64,000 nt of DNA from Cyanophora paradoxa CCMP329 (lineage: Eukaryota; Plantae; Glaucophyta), in contig QPMI01000039.1 of NCBI GenBank assembly GCA_004431415.1, positions 558,001 through 622,000 of the forward strand. Reading direction: 5' to 3'. The position numbers were made by a program, and so were the translations under genes. Positions 24,701 to 38,000 of the stretch are shown piece after piece. Below the pieces are notes generated by a model. The model was not told the origin of the DNA and did no database searches. It worked only from the letters and a program-made list of their open reading frames with translations. How positions within the stretch are numbered: position 1 is the first letter of the stretch; each line of letters begins with the position of its first letter.

Positions 24701-25136
24701 CGGCGGAGTGTCCCCAGCGCTCGCTCGGCGCCGTCCCCGCCACGCCCGCTACGCGCGTCCACTGCAGCGCGTCTGCGCGCCGCCCGATGTCAGCGGCGCG
24801 GGGCTCGCGGGAGGATCGAGCTCGAGCGGCGAGGCGCGCGCGCGGGACGGGGGGCGGGCGCGGAGCGCACTGCAGTCGAAGCAGAAGAGGCCGCGTGCGG
24901 ATGTCTCCCTCATCGTCTCGCCCCCTGCGCGCGAGTCACGAAGCTGAATCGCTCGTCCACGCGCTTGGCGACCCGATACTCCGATCCTGCGCTAGCCCGG
25001 GCGCTGGGCGACCCCAAAATCGGGCTCCGATCGCACCGAACACCCACATCTTCGAATCGCTCAGCACGGCAGCATGGCCCCATCGCTCGGCCGGAATGCC
25101 GCTGTCGGGCTTCGCGCGCGCCCTCCACCACGCCAT
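21761..25136 (-). CDS. Kelch-repeat + BTB/BACK protein (LZTR1-like architecture)
   Basis: Kelch motifs ERWGHAAV..MWVFG, MWVFGGDS, ERSGHSAVLHGGKIYIFG, RAGHTALL..LLLFGG. BTB motifs LADIK|IVTEERKTIFAHKIIL, FLYTGDV, LLQLAELYHLKRL, NVQNV. Confidence 0.88.
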
Positions 25137-25250
25137 CTCGGTCCGGTCCGGGCTAGCTGCCTGCGCTACGCTAAGCTAGCTGCGCCGCCGAACGCCCGGA
25201 AACGCTGCGCAGCTTCACCCCACTACCCCCCTGTTTTCGAATTTCGCGAA
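25137..25250. promoter_or_regulatory. Putative bidirectional promoter (Kelch-BTB / EFHC)
   Basis: Only 114 bp separate the two divergent predicted ATGs. Confidence 0.5.
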
Positions 25251-28200
25251 ATGCAGCAGCCAGCCCGGGAGCCCCCGCCGGCCCCGGCCCGCGGCGTGCT
25301 TCCGTCGGGATTGCACTCTATGGGACGGTATCAAGCCGGCAACTTCGCCAAGAAGCAGGCGCGGTTGAGCGCGCCGGCAGCCTTCGCGCCTTAGCTAAGT
25401 CGCCCACAGGTATTTCAGATGAGGGATGGTGCCATGCTGAACCCTGGAGACTCGCTGGCAAAGCGTGCAGCCGCTGCCGCGAAGCAGGCGCAGAGCATGG
25501 AGCCTTACCTGGAGCAGCCGGCGTTCAACTCGGGCGCCCACGACGCCCGCCCGGTGCGTCATGGCTTCTTACATGCCTCTGGCGCTAGCTACGGGTTCCC
25601 CGTTCTCGTTTTGCGACCGACTCTCCTCAGGACTACCGGCACCCGAGCCAGCCGCGGATCGTGCCCGAGCAGGCCCCTGCCGCCGGACACAAGACCTGGT
25701 ACTACCAGAATCCGCAGCCTGCTGGCCCCCGCGTCGGCCACAGCACGGCGGTCGACCCGCTCGGCGTTCCCGCCGAGTTCAAGAACAAGGTCCGGGCGCC
25801 CGGGCGTGGCGCCCCAAAGGGCTCTAGCTAACGGAGCGCGTGCTCCTGCGGCCAGATCCTGCGCTTCGAGGCGTTCTTTTGGGAGAACGTGACGGACACG
25901 GCGTTCGAGCCCGTCCGCATCCGGAAGTGCCTCATGTACTACTTCCTGGAGGACGACACGATGCAGGCGAGCGGGAGGCGACCCGCGCACGCGTTCCGTG
26001 GCCGCTGACGGCGCGCGGCGGGCGGCAGATCATCGAGCCGCGCCAGGACAACTCGGGGATCCCGCAGGGCGTCTTCCTCAAGCGGCACCGCGTCATGAGC
26101 GACACGCGCCAGTTCGTCACGTGGGCGGACATTAACCTCCGATCCGACCTCGTGCTCTACGGCCGCCGCTTCCGCGTCGTCAACTGCGACGACTTCACTC
26201 GGGCGCGCCCTGCCGCTTTCTTTCCTTTTCCGCTCCTTTCTGAGGCACCCGCAGCACTTCTACAAGTGTATGAACCGAACTTTGGAGCCGCCGGAGCCGT
26301 ACCCCGAGGTCCGCTTCTTTTCCCGCCCTCTTCTTCTGCCGCCGCCCGCCTCCCTGCCCACGCGGGCCGGCCCCGGCAGGACCCGCACGAGAAGCACCAG
26401 CGGGAGGAGCGCGAGCGCAGGCTGCGTCCGCCGGGCAAGCCCTCTCCCGCCGTCGACCCCGTCAAGCGGTCCGCCCGCCCCGCCCCACCCCGCCCTTCTC
26501 CCCCCTCCCAACTCTTCTCCCCGCGCCCAGGTACATGGAGGCTCAGCTGGGCAAGCCCACGCACCTGCTGCAGAAGAGCAGCAACCCGCAGCAGTGGCTC
26601 GCCAACGACCGCAAGGTGCCGCCCTTCCTCCCTGAGCTGAACCGAACCGAACTGAACGGGCCCCTGACGCCCCGGGGAACGAAGGTGCTGCGGTTCTACT
26701 GCCAGTGGGACGACCGGGAGCGCATGTACGGCGACCGCCACCAGTTCGTGCGCGGCGCTCGCCTCCCCTCCCCCGCCCTCCCCCACCTTCCGGACCCCCG
26801 AGGCTGGGCGCGCCCCTCGGGGATGCTAGCTAGGCTCTCCTCTCCCTCCCTCCCCCGCTCTCCCCGAAGGCTCGCCTGGCCCTCCCTGAGGCCGCGGCCG
26901 CCCGCCTCCCCGCCTCCTCCCTCGCCTGCCCGCCCCGTCCCCCTCCCTCCGGCCTCTGACGGGTGCTCCCCCCCAGATCCTGCTCTTCTACCTCGCGAAC
27001 GACACGGTGGAGGTCCTCGAGGAGCAGCCGCGCACCAGGTCCGAGGCCCGGGCCGGCGCGGGGCGCGGCGGGGCGGCGCGGGGTGGGCTGGGGCGGGGCG
27101 GGCCGGGGCACGGCGGGGCGGGGTGGGGCGGGGGCCTCGAATCTCATATCTAATACCTTTAAGATCTCGAGAGACTGAGCGGGGCGGCGCGGGGCGGGGC
27201 CTGACGCGCGCTCGCTCGCTGGGCGCGGCAGCCTGGGCTTCGTGCACTACACGCCCGTGCTCCGCCGGCAGCGCCTCCCCAAGGACTACCGCAACGGCGT
27301 CGCTGGTGCGCTCGGGCCGCCCTCCCTTCCCCTCCTCGAAGAGAGGCCGAGCGGGCGGGGGCAGCGTTCGGGGCGGCGGCCTTCTACCAGCCGCAGGACC
27401 TGCGCGTCGGCGACGCCGTCAACGTCTTCGGCCGCAGCGTCCTCCTGTGCGCGCACGAGCGGACGAAGCAAGCGAGAGGCCTCGCTCTGACTTGTATCGC
27501 AGCTACGACTGCGACGACTTCACGCGGCAGTACTACGCCGACGCGTACGGCATCGTGCAGGGCGCGATGCCGACGCCGCGCACGGAGAAGCGCGAGGCGC
27601 CGCCGATGCGCGTCCCCGCGCACGAGGGCTTCATGATCGGGGCGGAGGAGGACACGCTGCAGAACACGCGGGCGCTGCAGCCGAAGCCGCTGCAGCGCCT
27701 GGACTACTGGAAGTTCATGCACTACGACCAGACGGTGCTCCAGTTCAACGCGCGCCTCGACACGCAGCGGCCCGAGGACATCGACCGCGGTCCGCCCGCC
27801 CCCCCCCTCCCATCCCTCCCCTCCCCCTTCCGATCTGACCTGATCTGATCTGATCTGATCTCTCCCCCCCTTCAGACTTCGTGGTGAAGTTCCACCTGGC
27901 GGACGACACGATGGCGATCACGGAGAGCGCCCCGCCGTGCGCCCCCGCCGGCACTGGGAATCACGGAGGGAGGGGCCGGCGCTCGCTCAGATAAACCAGC
28001 TTACGGGATTTAGATTTGTGTATAAACTGGCTTAGATAGACTAGCTTAGGGGATTTAGATTTTTTTAAACAAGCAACTTAGGGGATTTTTAGATTCTTAG
28101 ATTGGGAAGCGGGGCCGGGACCCGGGGCTGACCGGGCGGCCCGGGGTCCCCGCAGGAACTCTGGCCTCCTCGGAGGCAAGTTCCTCCAGCGCGCCAAGGT

Positions 28201-29384
28201 ACCCCCCCCGGTTCGCCCCCGTACCCCGCCGCGGCTCATCCCCCTCCCCCCTTTCTCAGGTGAAGGACCCGCGGACGGGGGAGTACTACAGCGAGCGGGA
28301 CCTCTTCGTCGGGGCCTCGCTCGAGGTCCACCGCCGCGTCTTCTTCCTTACCGAGGCGCGCCCCTCCTTCCGACTGTACCCCCTTTGGATTTGCTGTATC
28401 CCCCCCTGAACCCGCGCGCGGCGCAGGCGGACGAGTTCACGCTGCGTTTCATGGAGTCCAACTCGGAGTACTTCATGGTCGCGCACGGTACCCCCGCTCC
28501 CCGCGCTTCGGTCCCGTACCCCGCCGACGGCGGCGGCGCGCGCGCAGTGCCGGCGATCCACGACAAGCTGCAGCGGGTGTGCCGGGCGCGGGAGGGCCTG
28601 TACGAGGAGCTGCGGGGCCAGCTGCGGGCGGCGGACCGCTCGGGGCGGGGCCTGCTGGACATGCTAGACTTCCAGGTCGTGCTGGGCCAGCTCGAGCTGG
28701 GCCTCGTCGACCACGAGGTCATCACGCTGATGCGCCACTACGACCCCTCGCGCGTCGGGCTCGTCGCCTACGAGGACTTCTGCGCGGCGATCGCCGGCCC
28801 CAGCGACTACGTGCCCCCCGAGGAGCGCCGCGCTGCGCGGGACGCCGCCCTCGCCGCCGCCCAGCAGGGGCTCGCCCTCGCGACGCTGGGGCCCGCCGCG
28901 CAGCCGCGCCCCGCCCCGGCCGCCGCGTGGGGCGACCAGCCCGCCCCGGCGCCCCGCGGGCCCGAGCCGGCCCGCCGGCCCCCAGCCGCAGCCGGCCCGC
29001 GCGGCCCCCGCACCCCAGCACCAGCCGGCCGGTCTGGCCGTGCAGGGCGCCGGCTACGCCCGCGCCGCCCCGGCCCCGGCCCCGGCCCCGGCCCCGGCCC
29101 CCGCGTACGCCCCGGCGCCAGCCTTTGAGTACGCTCCGCCCCCCGTCGCCCCGCAGTACGCGCCGCCGCCGCCGCCGCCGGCCGCCCCCGCGCCGCCCGC
29201 GCAGCCCATCGCCGCGTGGGGCGCGAACACCTCCCAGCCCCACTACGCCCCGCAGCCCGCCCCCAGCCCGCCCACGCCCCGCCCCCGCCCCCGTGCCGCC
29301 CTACGCCTACGGCCCGCCGCCGGCCGCGCAGCCGGCCGCCCCCGCCGCGTCGGTCCACTACCCCTACGCGACGCAGACAGCGGC

Positions 29385-29416
<32 letters not shown>

Positions 29417-30333
29417 GGCAGGCGCCAGGGGTGCGGCCGCCCTCCCCGGGGCGCTTCGGACCCGAGCCGGTCCTCCGCTCCCCAACCAAGGCGGCGGGGC
29501 CCACGCCGCGCTACGTCTCCCCGCGCAACTCGTACGACGGCCGCCCGCCCTCGCCGGGGCCCGCCGTCGCCGCCGCCGTCGCCCGGCCCCCTTCCCCCGC
29601 TCGCGGTCCCGGCGCCCAGGCGTACCCCCAGCAGCCGCAGGCCTACGCGCAGCCGGCGGGCGCCCAGGCGTACACGCAACAGCAGCCGGTCGCCCAGGAC
29701 TACGCGTACCCCCCGGCGGGGGGACAGTGGCAGGAGGTGCCTGCGCCGCAGCCGTCGGAGACGCCGCGCGTGCCGCCGCCCGTCGGCGCCACGCCGCACC
29801 CCGCCGTCGCCGCCGCGCAGAAGGCCGACCCCAACCGCTCCATCTACACCAACCTGATCAACCCGGTACCCCCACCCGCTTCCCGTACCCCCCTCCGCGC
29901 CCCGACCGCCCGGGCGCAGCACCCCCAGGTGCCTGAGGTCCCGGTGGGGTCCGTCCCGGCCCCGCAGCCCCGCAACAACAACCCCCTCTACATGACGAGT
30001 GCGCACACGGCGTACCCCCCCCCAACTCCTCCACTCAGCGTACCCCCCGCAGCGTCCCAGAAGGCGTTCGGGCGTATGTCGGCGGAGGACGTGGCGGCTG
30101 CGAACGCGGCGCCGCGGGGGGCCGCCCCGTACGTCGCCCAGACCGCCCAGGCGCGCCTCTCCCAGACCAAGGACGCCGCCAACGCTGCCGCACTCAAGCA
30201 GGCGCGTACCGTGTACCCCCATCCCTTCCCTACGCCGTACCCCCCCGAGCGGGCCGCGCAGCTCTCGGGCCCCGTGCTGGCGAGGAAGGAAGTCCTGGCG
30301 GCGATGCAGGCGAACCGCTTCGGCAGGCGTTAG
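25251..30333 (+). CDS. EFHC1: EFHC1/Rib72-like axonemal protein: three DM10 domains, EF-hand, long Pro/Ala/Gln-rich tail
   Basis: DM10 motifs [60 protein letters not shown] and VLQFNARL..FHLADDTMAI..NSGLLGGKFLQR. EF-hand-like ADRSGRGLLD. The tail frame is uncertain, and EFHC1 versus EFHC2 cannot be resolved by eye. Confidence 0.88.
27990..28105 (+). repeat. AT-rich degenerate minisatellite inside an EFHC intron
   Basis: CTTA(C/G)GGGATTT(TT)AGATT occurs three times in an otherwise GC-rich intron. Confidence 0.7.
29386..29415 (+). repeat. (CAG)10 microsatellite encoding poly-Gln
   Basis: Ten consecutive CAG in the EFHC tail. Confidence 0.95.
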
Positions 30334-30505
30334 CGAGAGCCGCCCGCCCGCCCGCTCGCCCGCCCACCCTGTATGTCTCCATCCAACGCTTTGCTTTGTC
30401 TTCTTCTTCGTCTCAGCGCGCGCCGCGCGCGCTTTCGAGACGGTACTAGTACTGTTCGATCGGTTCAGGTACATGATAATCGCTTCGGACGGTACAGCCG
30501 CTCGC

Positions 30506-33500
30506 TCACGCCTCGTCCTCCTCGTCGTCCTCGCCGGCGGGGCGGCCGAGGGGCACGCCGCGGGCGGTGCAGCGCTTGGCCTCCGTGAAGAGGTCCTTCG
30601 CCACACGCTGCGGCCGCCCGGCGCGTCAGGCCGCGGCATGCAGTGCGGGCCCCGGCCGCAGGCGCCGGCTAATGCAGGGCGGGGCGGGGCGGGGCGGGGG
30701 GCACCTGGACGTCGGCGGGGGTGACGAGCTTGATGGATCCGATCTCGCGGAAGAGGTTCTTCCAGTCCCCCGTGTACACGTCGTACTGCGCATGCGCCGA
30801 AAGGTGAGGGGGGGGGAGGAGGAGGAGGGGGGGTAGGGGCGCGCCTCGGCGACGAGGGAGGCCATGCGCTCGTTGTCGCGGAGGGCGCCCAGCAGCGCCT
30901 TCCGCGCCTGCCGCGCGCGTGAGAAAGAGAAGAAAGAAAGCGAAGGGAAGGAGGCGGCTAGGACTTGGAGTAGAGGGGGGGCGAGCGGCGGGGGCGGGGG
31001 CGGGGGCGGGGTTGCCTGGCGCTTGAAGCGCTCGACCTCCTCCTCCGAGACGCCGTCCCGCACCAGCCGCGCCAGCTCCGCGTGCAGCGCCCCCTGCCCG
31101 GGGCCGTGGGCGGGGGGAGGAGGGGGGGGGGAGGGGGAGGGGGGACGTGCCTGGAGGTCGTCGAGGGTGCGGCCCGGGGCGGGGCTCCCGTAGAGGCAGA
31201 AGAGGTTCGCGAAGCGCTCCCCTGGGAAGTTGTTGATGACCTGAGGCGATGGCGAGCGCCTCCGGTCGGCGCGGGGCAGCGATGGGGAGAGGGGCGAAGA
31301 GCAGGCGACCCGTGTCCTAGAAGACGCAAAGGCGGGGGGGGAAAGGCGGGGGGGAAAGGTGGGGGCGGGGCGGGGCGTCCCCCCGCGGACCTCGATGGAG
31401 GATGCGACCTTGCGCTCCTCGACGAGGCCCTTGTACAGGCGCGAGAGCCGCCCGTCCGACAGGATCGACGAGAGCACCTGTACGGGGTGGTGTGGGGGGA
31501 TGAAGGGAGGGGGAGGGGGGAGGGGGAGGAGCGCACGGCGTAGGCCGGCTCGTCGGCGCACATGGCGCCCGGGCGGTGGTACCCCTCCAGCAGCAGCGGC
31601 TCGTCCGCCGCCAGTTGCTGCCCGATGGCGGGGCGGGGAGAAGTCAGCGTGCGCGGAGGGCTACCCCTCCGAAGGCGCCGCCCTTCGCCCCCCCCGCACC
31701 CCCCGCGCACCACCTCGATGTCGCGGGGCCCGTTGACCTTCGGCTCGTGCGGGAAGGTCTCCCCGGCCCCGCTCCCCGCTGCGCCCCCGCCGCAAACCCG
31801 CTCAGCGGTGCCGGGCCGGGCCACGGCCGGCTTCCGGGGGCGCCCCCCCGCACCCCGCCGCAGGTTGCCGAAGTGCTTCTCCGCCAGCTCCCGCACCTGC
31901 CGTGCACACGCCGTCAGCCCCCCGCCCCTCCGCCCCTCCGCCCCCTCGCCCCTTTCTTTCTTTTCGCCTCGCCCCCCCTCCCCGCCCGGCTCGCCTGGTC
32001 GTAGGTCACGTCTCCGACCTGCGTGCGGCGGGGGAGGGAGGAGGGGCAGGGGGCGCGCGTGAGCCCCGGAGGAGGGCGAGCGGCCCGGCCCGGCCCGAGC
32101 ATGCGCGCACGATGACGGCGGTGAGGTTGTCGGCGCTGTAGTGCCGCGCGAAGAAGTTCTTGATGTCCGCCTGCGAGCGAGCGAGCGAGGAGTTCTTGAT
32201 GGGAAAGGAAGGAAGGAAGGGAAGGGGAGGCCGTGCGTGCCTCGGAGAGGGCGGCGAAGTCGTCGGGGAAGCCGATCACGGGCCGCCCGTACGCCGTCCC
32301 CGGGAACGCTGGGGGGGGGGGAGGCGCCGTCAGACGGCCCACGAGCGACGCGCATGTAGCGGGGCGGGGCGGAGGGCGGAGGCCCTTCTCTAGCGGGTCT
32401 TCTAGGAAGGGCCTGGACCGCGTCTCTAAAGTGAATCTAATGCGGGGCGAGGGGGGAAGGGGGCGGGGCGAGGGGGAAGGCGGAGGGAGGGGAGCGGGTA
32501 CGTCTCTAGAAGAGGCCTGGGGCGGGCCGGGGCGGTTCGGGCGGGGCGGGGCCGGGTAGGGGCGAGGGGAGGCGGGGCGGACAGGCGGCGAGGAACTTCT
32601 CGACGAGGGTGCCGACGGGGGAGTTGTCCACCGTCAGCCGCCGCTCCTCCTTAATCACCTCCTTCTCCCGGTAGAACTGGAAGGGGGATACGTCAGGGGG
32701 GGAGCGAGGGAGGTGAGGGTACACGGACCTGGCGGAAGACGGGCTCGCGCCAGCGCTCGGACTCGAGGAGGAACCAGAGCTCCGTCTGAGGGGAGGGGGC
32801 TCAGGGAGATGGAGGGGGGTACGAGGGATACGCGGAGGCGGACCTTGTTGGAGGGGAAGGAGTAGAAGTAGCGCGTCGCGTCCCTGGGGGGTACAGCGCG
32901 GGGAAGGTAAGGCGTCGCATCACGTTCGGCTCGCCCCGGGGTCTAGGGCCTCTCTCGTCCGCGCTTGACGACGGGCCCGGTCGCGGGCCGCACGCCCAGG
33001 CTAGCTAGGCTAGCTGGGCGGCTGGGACAGCTAAGGGGATTGGGATCTAGAGCCCGTGGCCTCATCTAGTCTAGGGCTTCATCCTGGCGGGGGCGTGGGG
33101 CCGGGGGGGTACGGACAGGGAGGTGGTGGCGTTGAGGCCGACGCCCCCCGCCTGCTCCACCAGCCGCCCGAACTCGTTCGTCTCCACAAGCTCCTGCGCG
33201 GGAGGCGGAGGGGGGTACGCGGTTCGGATCGAGGTGCGGCGGGTGGGGGGGAAGGGGGGGTAGGGGACCTCGGCCTGGGCCTCGGCGGCCTCGAAGTCGG
33301 CCGAGAGGGACGCCAGCTTCGCCTCCAGCTCTGAGAAGGGGGGGGGGGAAGCTGAGGGGGGTACGCGGGGGAGGGAGGGGGGTACGGCGCACCGGTGCGC
33401 TCCTTGGAGGAGGGCTCGAGCTTCGCGACGCGCGCGGTAAGGGCGTCCTTGTCCGCCGCCAGCTTCTTCAACTTCTCCAGGATCGGCTGCGGCGAAAGGG

Positions 33501-34470
33501 GCTCGGAGGGGGGGAGGGGGGGGGGGGTTGAGGGAGAGGGGGTCACCTGCTCCGTCTTGAAGTCGCGGGTTCCGATGTTGGGAGTGCCCTTAAAGGCGAG
33601 GTGCTCCAGGAAGTGCTGCCGGCGAGGTTCGAAGGCAGCGCGGGGCGGGCCGGGGGTACGCGGCGAGCAGGCGCACCGCCATGCCGGTCTTTCCCGCGGG
33701 CTCTGCGGGGGCGGGCGTGGAGGGGTACAGGATCAAAGGAGACGCGGAGGAGGGATATAGCTGCCGGGAGTCTGACCGTTGACGGCGCCGACCTGCGTGC
33801 CGCGGTCAGGGCCGGGGGGAGGGGGCGCAGGGCTGGGTAGAGGGGGCCGGCGGACGTTGGCGTGGATGTGGCAGGAGACGACGGGCGCCGTGTGGCGCTC
33901 GAGGACGATGAACTTCATCCCGTTCTTGAGCTCGAAGCTGCGCGTCTTGTTGACGAGCTCGGAGAACTCCGGCGGCACGTCCGCCGCGAACGTGAACTGC
34001 GCCCGCTGCGCCGCCGCCGCCGGCGCGCTCGGGCCCGGCACCGCAGCGCTCGCGAGCGCCGCGCCGGCCGCCGCCGCGCCGATGAAGACCCGCCGCGGGA
34101 CCGCCAGCGGGGCCTGCCGCAGCGTCCGGTCAGCTATCATTGAGCGGCGCGTGCGTGCCCCGCCCCGCGCGGCGCGATCCGCCAGGCAGCCGAGCCGCTG
34201 TTGCGTGTTTCGAACGGCGCGGGAGACTCTAAAGCAGTGGGCGACGGGGCGCGGTGGGCGACGCGTGAAGCGCGCCGGTGTGGGCAAGGGGGGAGGGGCA
34301 CAGCGCACCGCGTCGGCGTCGGAGGCGTGTGCGGAAACGACGAAGGCGCAGCGGCGCGGCCGGGAGCGGCGGCCGAGCCACGAGGACCGGGAGAGGCGGC
34401 TGCTTATGCGGAGGCCCCGCAGCAGCCCTGTGACCGGCAGGACTGCCGGAGATGCGAAGGCCGCGTGCAT
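30506..34470 (-). CDS. M16 (insulinase/pitrilysin family) zinc peptidase, bacterial/cyanobacterial type, with bipartite plastid targeting signal
   Basis: ELKNGMKFIVLERHTAPVVS, GMA|HFLEHLAFKGTPNIGT (HxxEH at 33601-33615), GGVGLNATTS, FYREKEVIKEERR, YGRPVIG, GRLSRLYKGLVE. Ends ...DDEEDEA*. Confidence 0.92.
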
Positions 34471-35094
34471 TCTGCCGGTTCGGGCTGACTGCGGATCGAG
34501 GTCAAGCTCCCGGCCGTGCTCTCGACAGGTGCAGGAGCTGAGATGCGCGCTTGTCGGCACTCTCCGTAGGCGAACCCGGCTGCGAACTTGGCTGCGACTA
34601 CGATGCGCTGTACCCGCGGCAGACGTGGGGGGGGGGCGCGGAGGGGGGAATTGGTGAAGGGGGATCCGGAGAAGTTTTCTTGCTTGCATTGCGGACCATC
34701 GGACTTGACTGAAATTCCCCACTACCCCGGTACAGCCTCCGCGAGGGAGCATACCTCGCAACCCCGGCGCTCTCATCAGCTATAGGTCCAGTTCGGAAGC
34801 TTAGCTAAGGCGGGCGTTAACAGGCGAGAGCAGAGCAGCAAAGGGCCGAGCGCCAGCCCGTATACGCCCCGGCTTCGCAACTTCGCCGGCGTTACCTCGC
34901 AACCTGCGGTGTCCGCCGAGCTCTTTTGGGTCCGCTGCACAGCAAGCAGCCGCCCGCTCTGTGCAACACCCGCCAGCAGGCCGCCAGCTCTTAGAGGCGC
35001 TGCCGCGGCCAGCAGGGCGCGCCCGGCCGCTTGATGGCGCGCTGCGGATGACCTTTGGCAGTGCTCCTCTCGACTCGGCGACCATCGGACACAG

Positions 35095-38000
35095 ATGACT
35101 CCCCGCGAGACGGCCGCGGGTGACGCGCGGCCGAAGGGGAAGGAGGATGCGCCCGCGCCCCGCGCGTCGGCCCCCTTGGTCGTGCCAACCGCGAGGGCGG
35201 TGCAGCACAACGGCTGGCAAGTGCGGCCTGACACGGTGATCCCCGTGGAGAATTTGCAGAGCTCGCACGCGACGCCGGAGACCAGCGGCGCCCCATCAGC
35301 GTCCACCTCGGCGGTGGTCGAGGCCGAGGCGCCTCCCGGGCGCGCCGCCGCCGCCGCCGCGGAGGAGAAGGCCGGCCCGGGGCCCGGCGGCGGCCGCGTG
35401 CGGGCGGGGAGCCTGGGGGGCGTCCCCTACAAAGTCTCCCTCGAGAGCGCCGCCTGGAACCCGAGGCGCGCCGCCCGCCCCCCAGAGAGCCCTCGGGCCC
35501 CCGCTTCGCTGAGCCGCGTTCGCGCGCGCAGGCGGGTGAGCATCCGGTGGCTGGTGATCGGGACGAGCTTCCTCTACATCCTGGGCGCGATGGCCTTCAG
35601 CTGGGCCCTCACCTTCACCCTGGGCATGCGCAAGTGCGCCCCCTAGCTCGGCCGGGATCTCGCCTCGGCTCAGCGGGGGCGTGCGGGGCGCAGCGTGCAG
35701 GCGGTGGGCCACATCCTCACCCACAAGGTGAACGAGGAGGCGGTCTCCCGAGGTGCCGCCCCGCCCCGCCCCGGGCCCCGCCCCGGCCCGGCCCGCCCCG
35801 GCCCCGCCCTTCCGCGCTGACGGGCGCTCCCCTCCTCCTTCCCTTGTTCGTTGCGCAGTGGCGGTGCGTCTGTCCTCCCGCCCCCCGCGGCCCCGCCCCG
35901 CCCCCGCCGGCCCCCGACGCGGCTGCCCCCCGCAGGCCGTCATCGACGCTGCGTACTCCGCCTGCGTCTCCGTCCAGAAGGACTTCGAGGCGGTACCCCC
36001 TCCCCCCGCTCCATCCCCCCTCTCGGGTTCCCGCTCAGCGGCCGGCCGCAGGGCGCCCTGGACGCCGCGCGGTGGCGGCCCCTCCTCGACCTCTTCGTGC
36101 AGGTTCGCCGTACCCGTTATTCTTTCTGCGGGATCCGTACCCCCTCCCAACCCCTCCCCCAGCGCCTGGGGCCGGACTCGGTTGTCCATTCGATGTACGC
36201 GGCCTTCACGGACGGGACCGCCCTCGGCGCCATGGTATCTTGCCGTACCCCCATCCTTGCCCCCCCCCCCCTGCCCACGTTTCGCCGCAGTCGTCGCTGG
36301 GCCACGACTCGTCCCCCCACGTCTTCGCTCACAACGGGACGCACATTTCCACGTACCCCGCCAGCGCCCGGGGCCAGCCCGGCGCCGTCCTGGTGCGTAC
36401 CCCTCTTTCTTTCCCGTACCCGGCCCCGTCGAGTCCCCCTGCAGTCCTCGGTGCCGGAGGGGGGCGCCCTGGCGGCGTGGCGCGCGGCGGCGGTGGCGGC
36501 CGGCGGGGCCGCCGTCCTCCGAACCGTGGACGGCATGCCCGCCCCGCACCCAGGCCACGTGGTGCGCCCCCCACGCCGCTCCCTCCCCCCTCCCCCTCCC
36601 CTCAAACCATACCCCCCAGGACGGGATCCACCTGGAGCTGACGGCGGCCTTCCGGGCGCTCCCGAGCCTGGAGGCGGCGCCGCGGCTCGTGCCCCCCGGG
36701 CTGCCCCGCGCGGCCGCTGCCCCGGGCCCCGACGCCGACCCGGAGGCGTCCTCGGCGCCCTCGGCCTCAGCCTTTGGGGGGTCCGTCTCGGTCTCGCTGC
36801 CGCTCTGGGCCCTGCAGCAGGCCGTGGACGGCGTGTGGACGACGGCCGGCGCCAGGCGCCCCGGGGCGAGCGCCTACTCCGAGGCGGCCGAGGACGTCGG
36901 GGGCGGCGGCGTCGTCCTCCTCACCTCCCCGGACGGTGATCGTCCTTTGCCTTTGCTCCTCCTCCCTTCTACTTCTTCTTAGCCGGGTGCAGGGCGCGTG
37001 CTGGCGAGCAGCGGGTTCGAGGAGGGGGCGGCGCGGCCGCTGCTGGCGGCCGGCGAGAGCCCCGACGAGGCCCTCCGGCAGCTCGCCGCCGGCCCCCCCA
37101 CCCGGAGGTCCGCCCCCTTCTAGATTAGCGCAGCGCCCCAGACTAGACTGGTCCCGCTCAACTTGCCGGGGGCGGGCAGCACGGACGGGACGTGGCAGTT
37201 CAGCGCGCACGGCCGCCGCTACTCCGCCGTCCACGGCCGCTACGAGTGCCCTCCCCCGCGCCCCCCCTTCTCACCACCCCCGCCCCTGCCCACGCGCCTC
37301 CCACGGCAGGGTGGCGGGGGGCCGGGGCCCGGCGCTGGGCGTGTACGTGGCGGTCCCCGAGGAGGCGATGGCCCGCGAGCTCCGTCGCTCCCTCATCCTC
37401 GTCTGCGTCGCCAACTCCATCTGGTGCCCCCCCGCCCCGCCCGCCCGCCCGCCTAGACAGCGGACTAGAGTATGGCGCGCACGCACGCACGCGCCCCACC
37501 CCCGCCCCGGCATGGCCGCCCGGCCGGCTGGGCTAAGAGGACGGACGGATTAGAGATGTGCCGTGAAGAAGGGCCGGGCCCTTTACACCCCGCCCCGCCC
37601 CGCCCCGCGCGGCGCAGGCTGGTGCTGGTGCTGGCGTGCTCGGCGGTCGTGGGTACGGCCATCACGCGGCCCCTCTCCGGCATCTATGACTCCCTGTCCG
37701 ACTTCGTCCAGGTACCCCCCTTCCTTTTCTCTCTCTCTTTTTTTCCTTTACGACGCGCGCGCGCAGGAGCTGCTCTCCCTCACGCACGAGATCTCTGCTC
37801 GGCCGGCCGACGGGAGCGCCGCGGCCGCCGCCGGCGCCGCCCTCCCCGGCGCCCTTCAGGGCACCCCCGCCCAGGTGCGGGGAAGAGCGCTTCGGGCTTT
37901 CCCGCCTCCCAGCTGACTTTGAGCCGCCTTTCTTTCAGGCGGCGCCCGCCACGCGCAAGGCATCGCACGGCCGGCGCCGCTCCAGGCGGGCCCCTACCCC

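Noticed and set aside
28920-29295. Apparent frame changes in the EFHC tail (programmed frameshift?)
   Set aside because: They fall in C-rich low-complexity runs, so sequencing indels or unrecognised introns are more likely.
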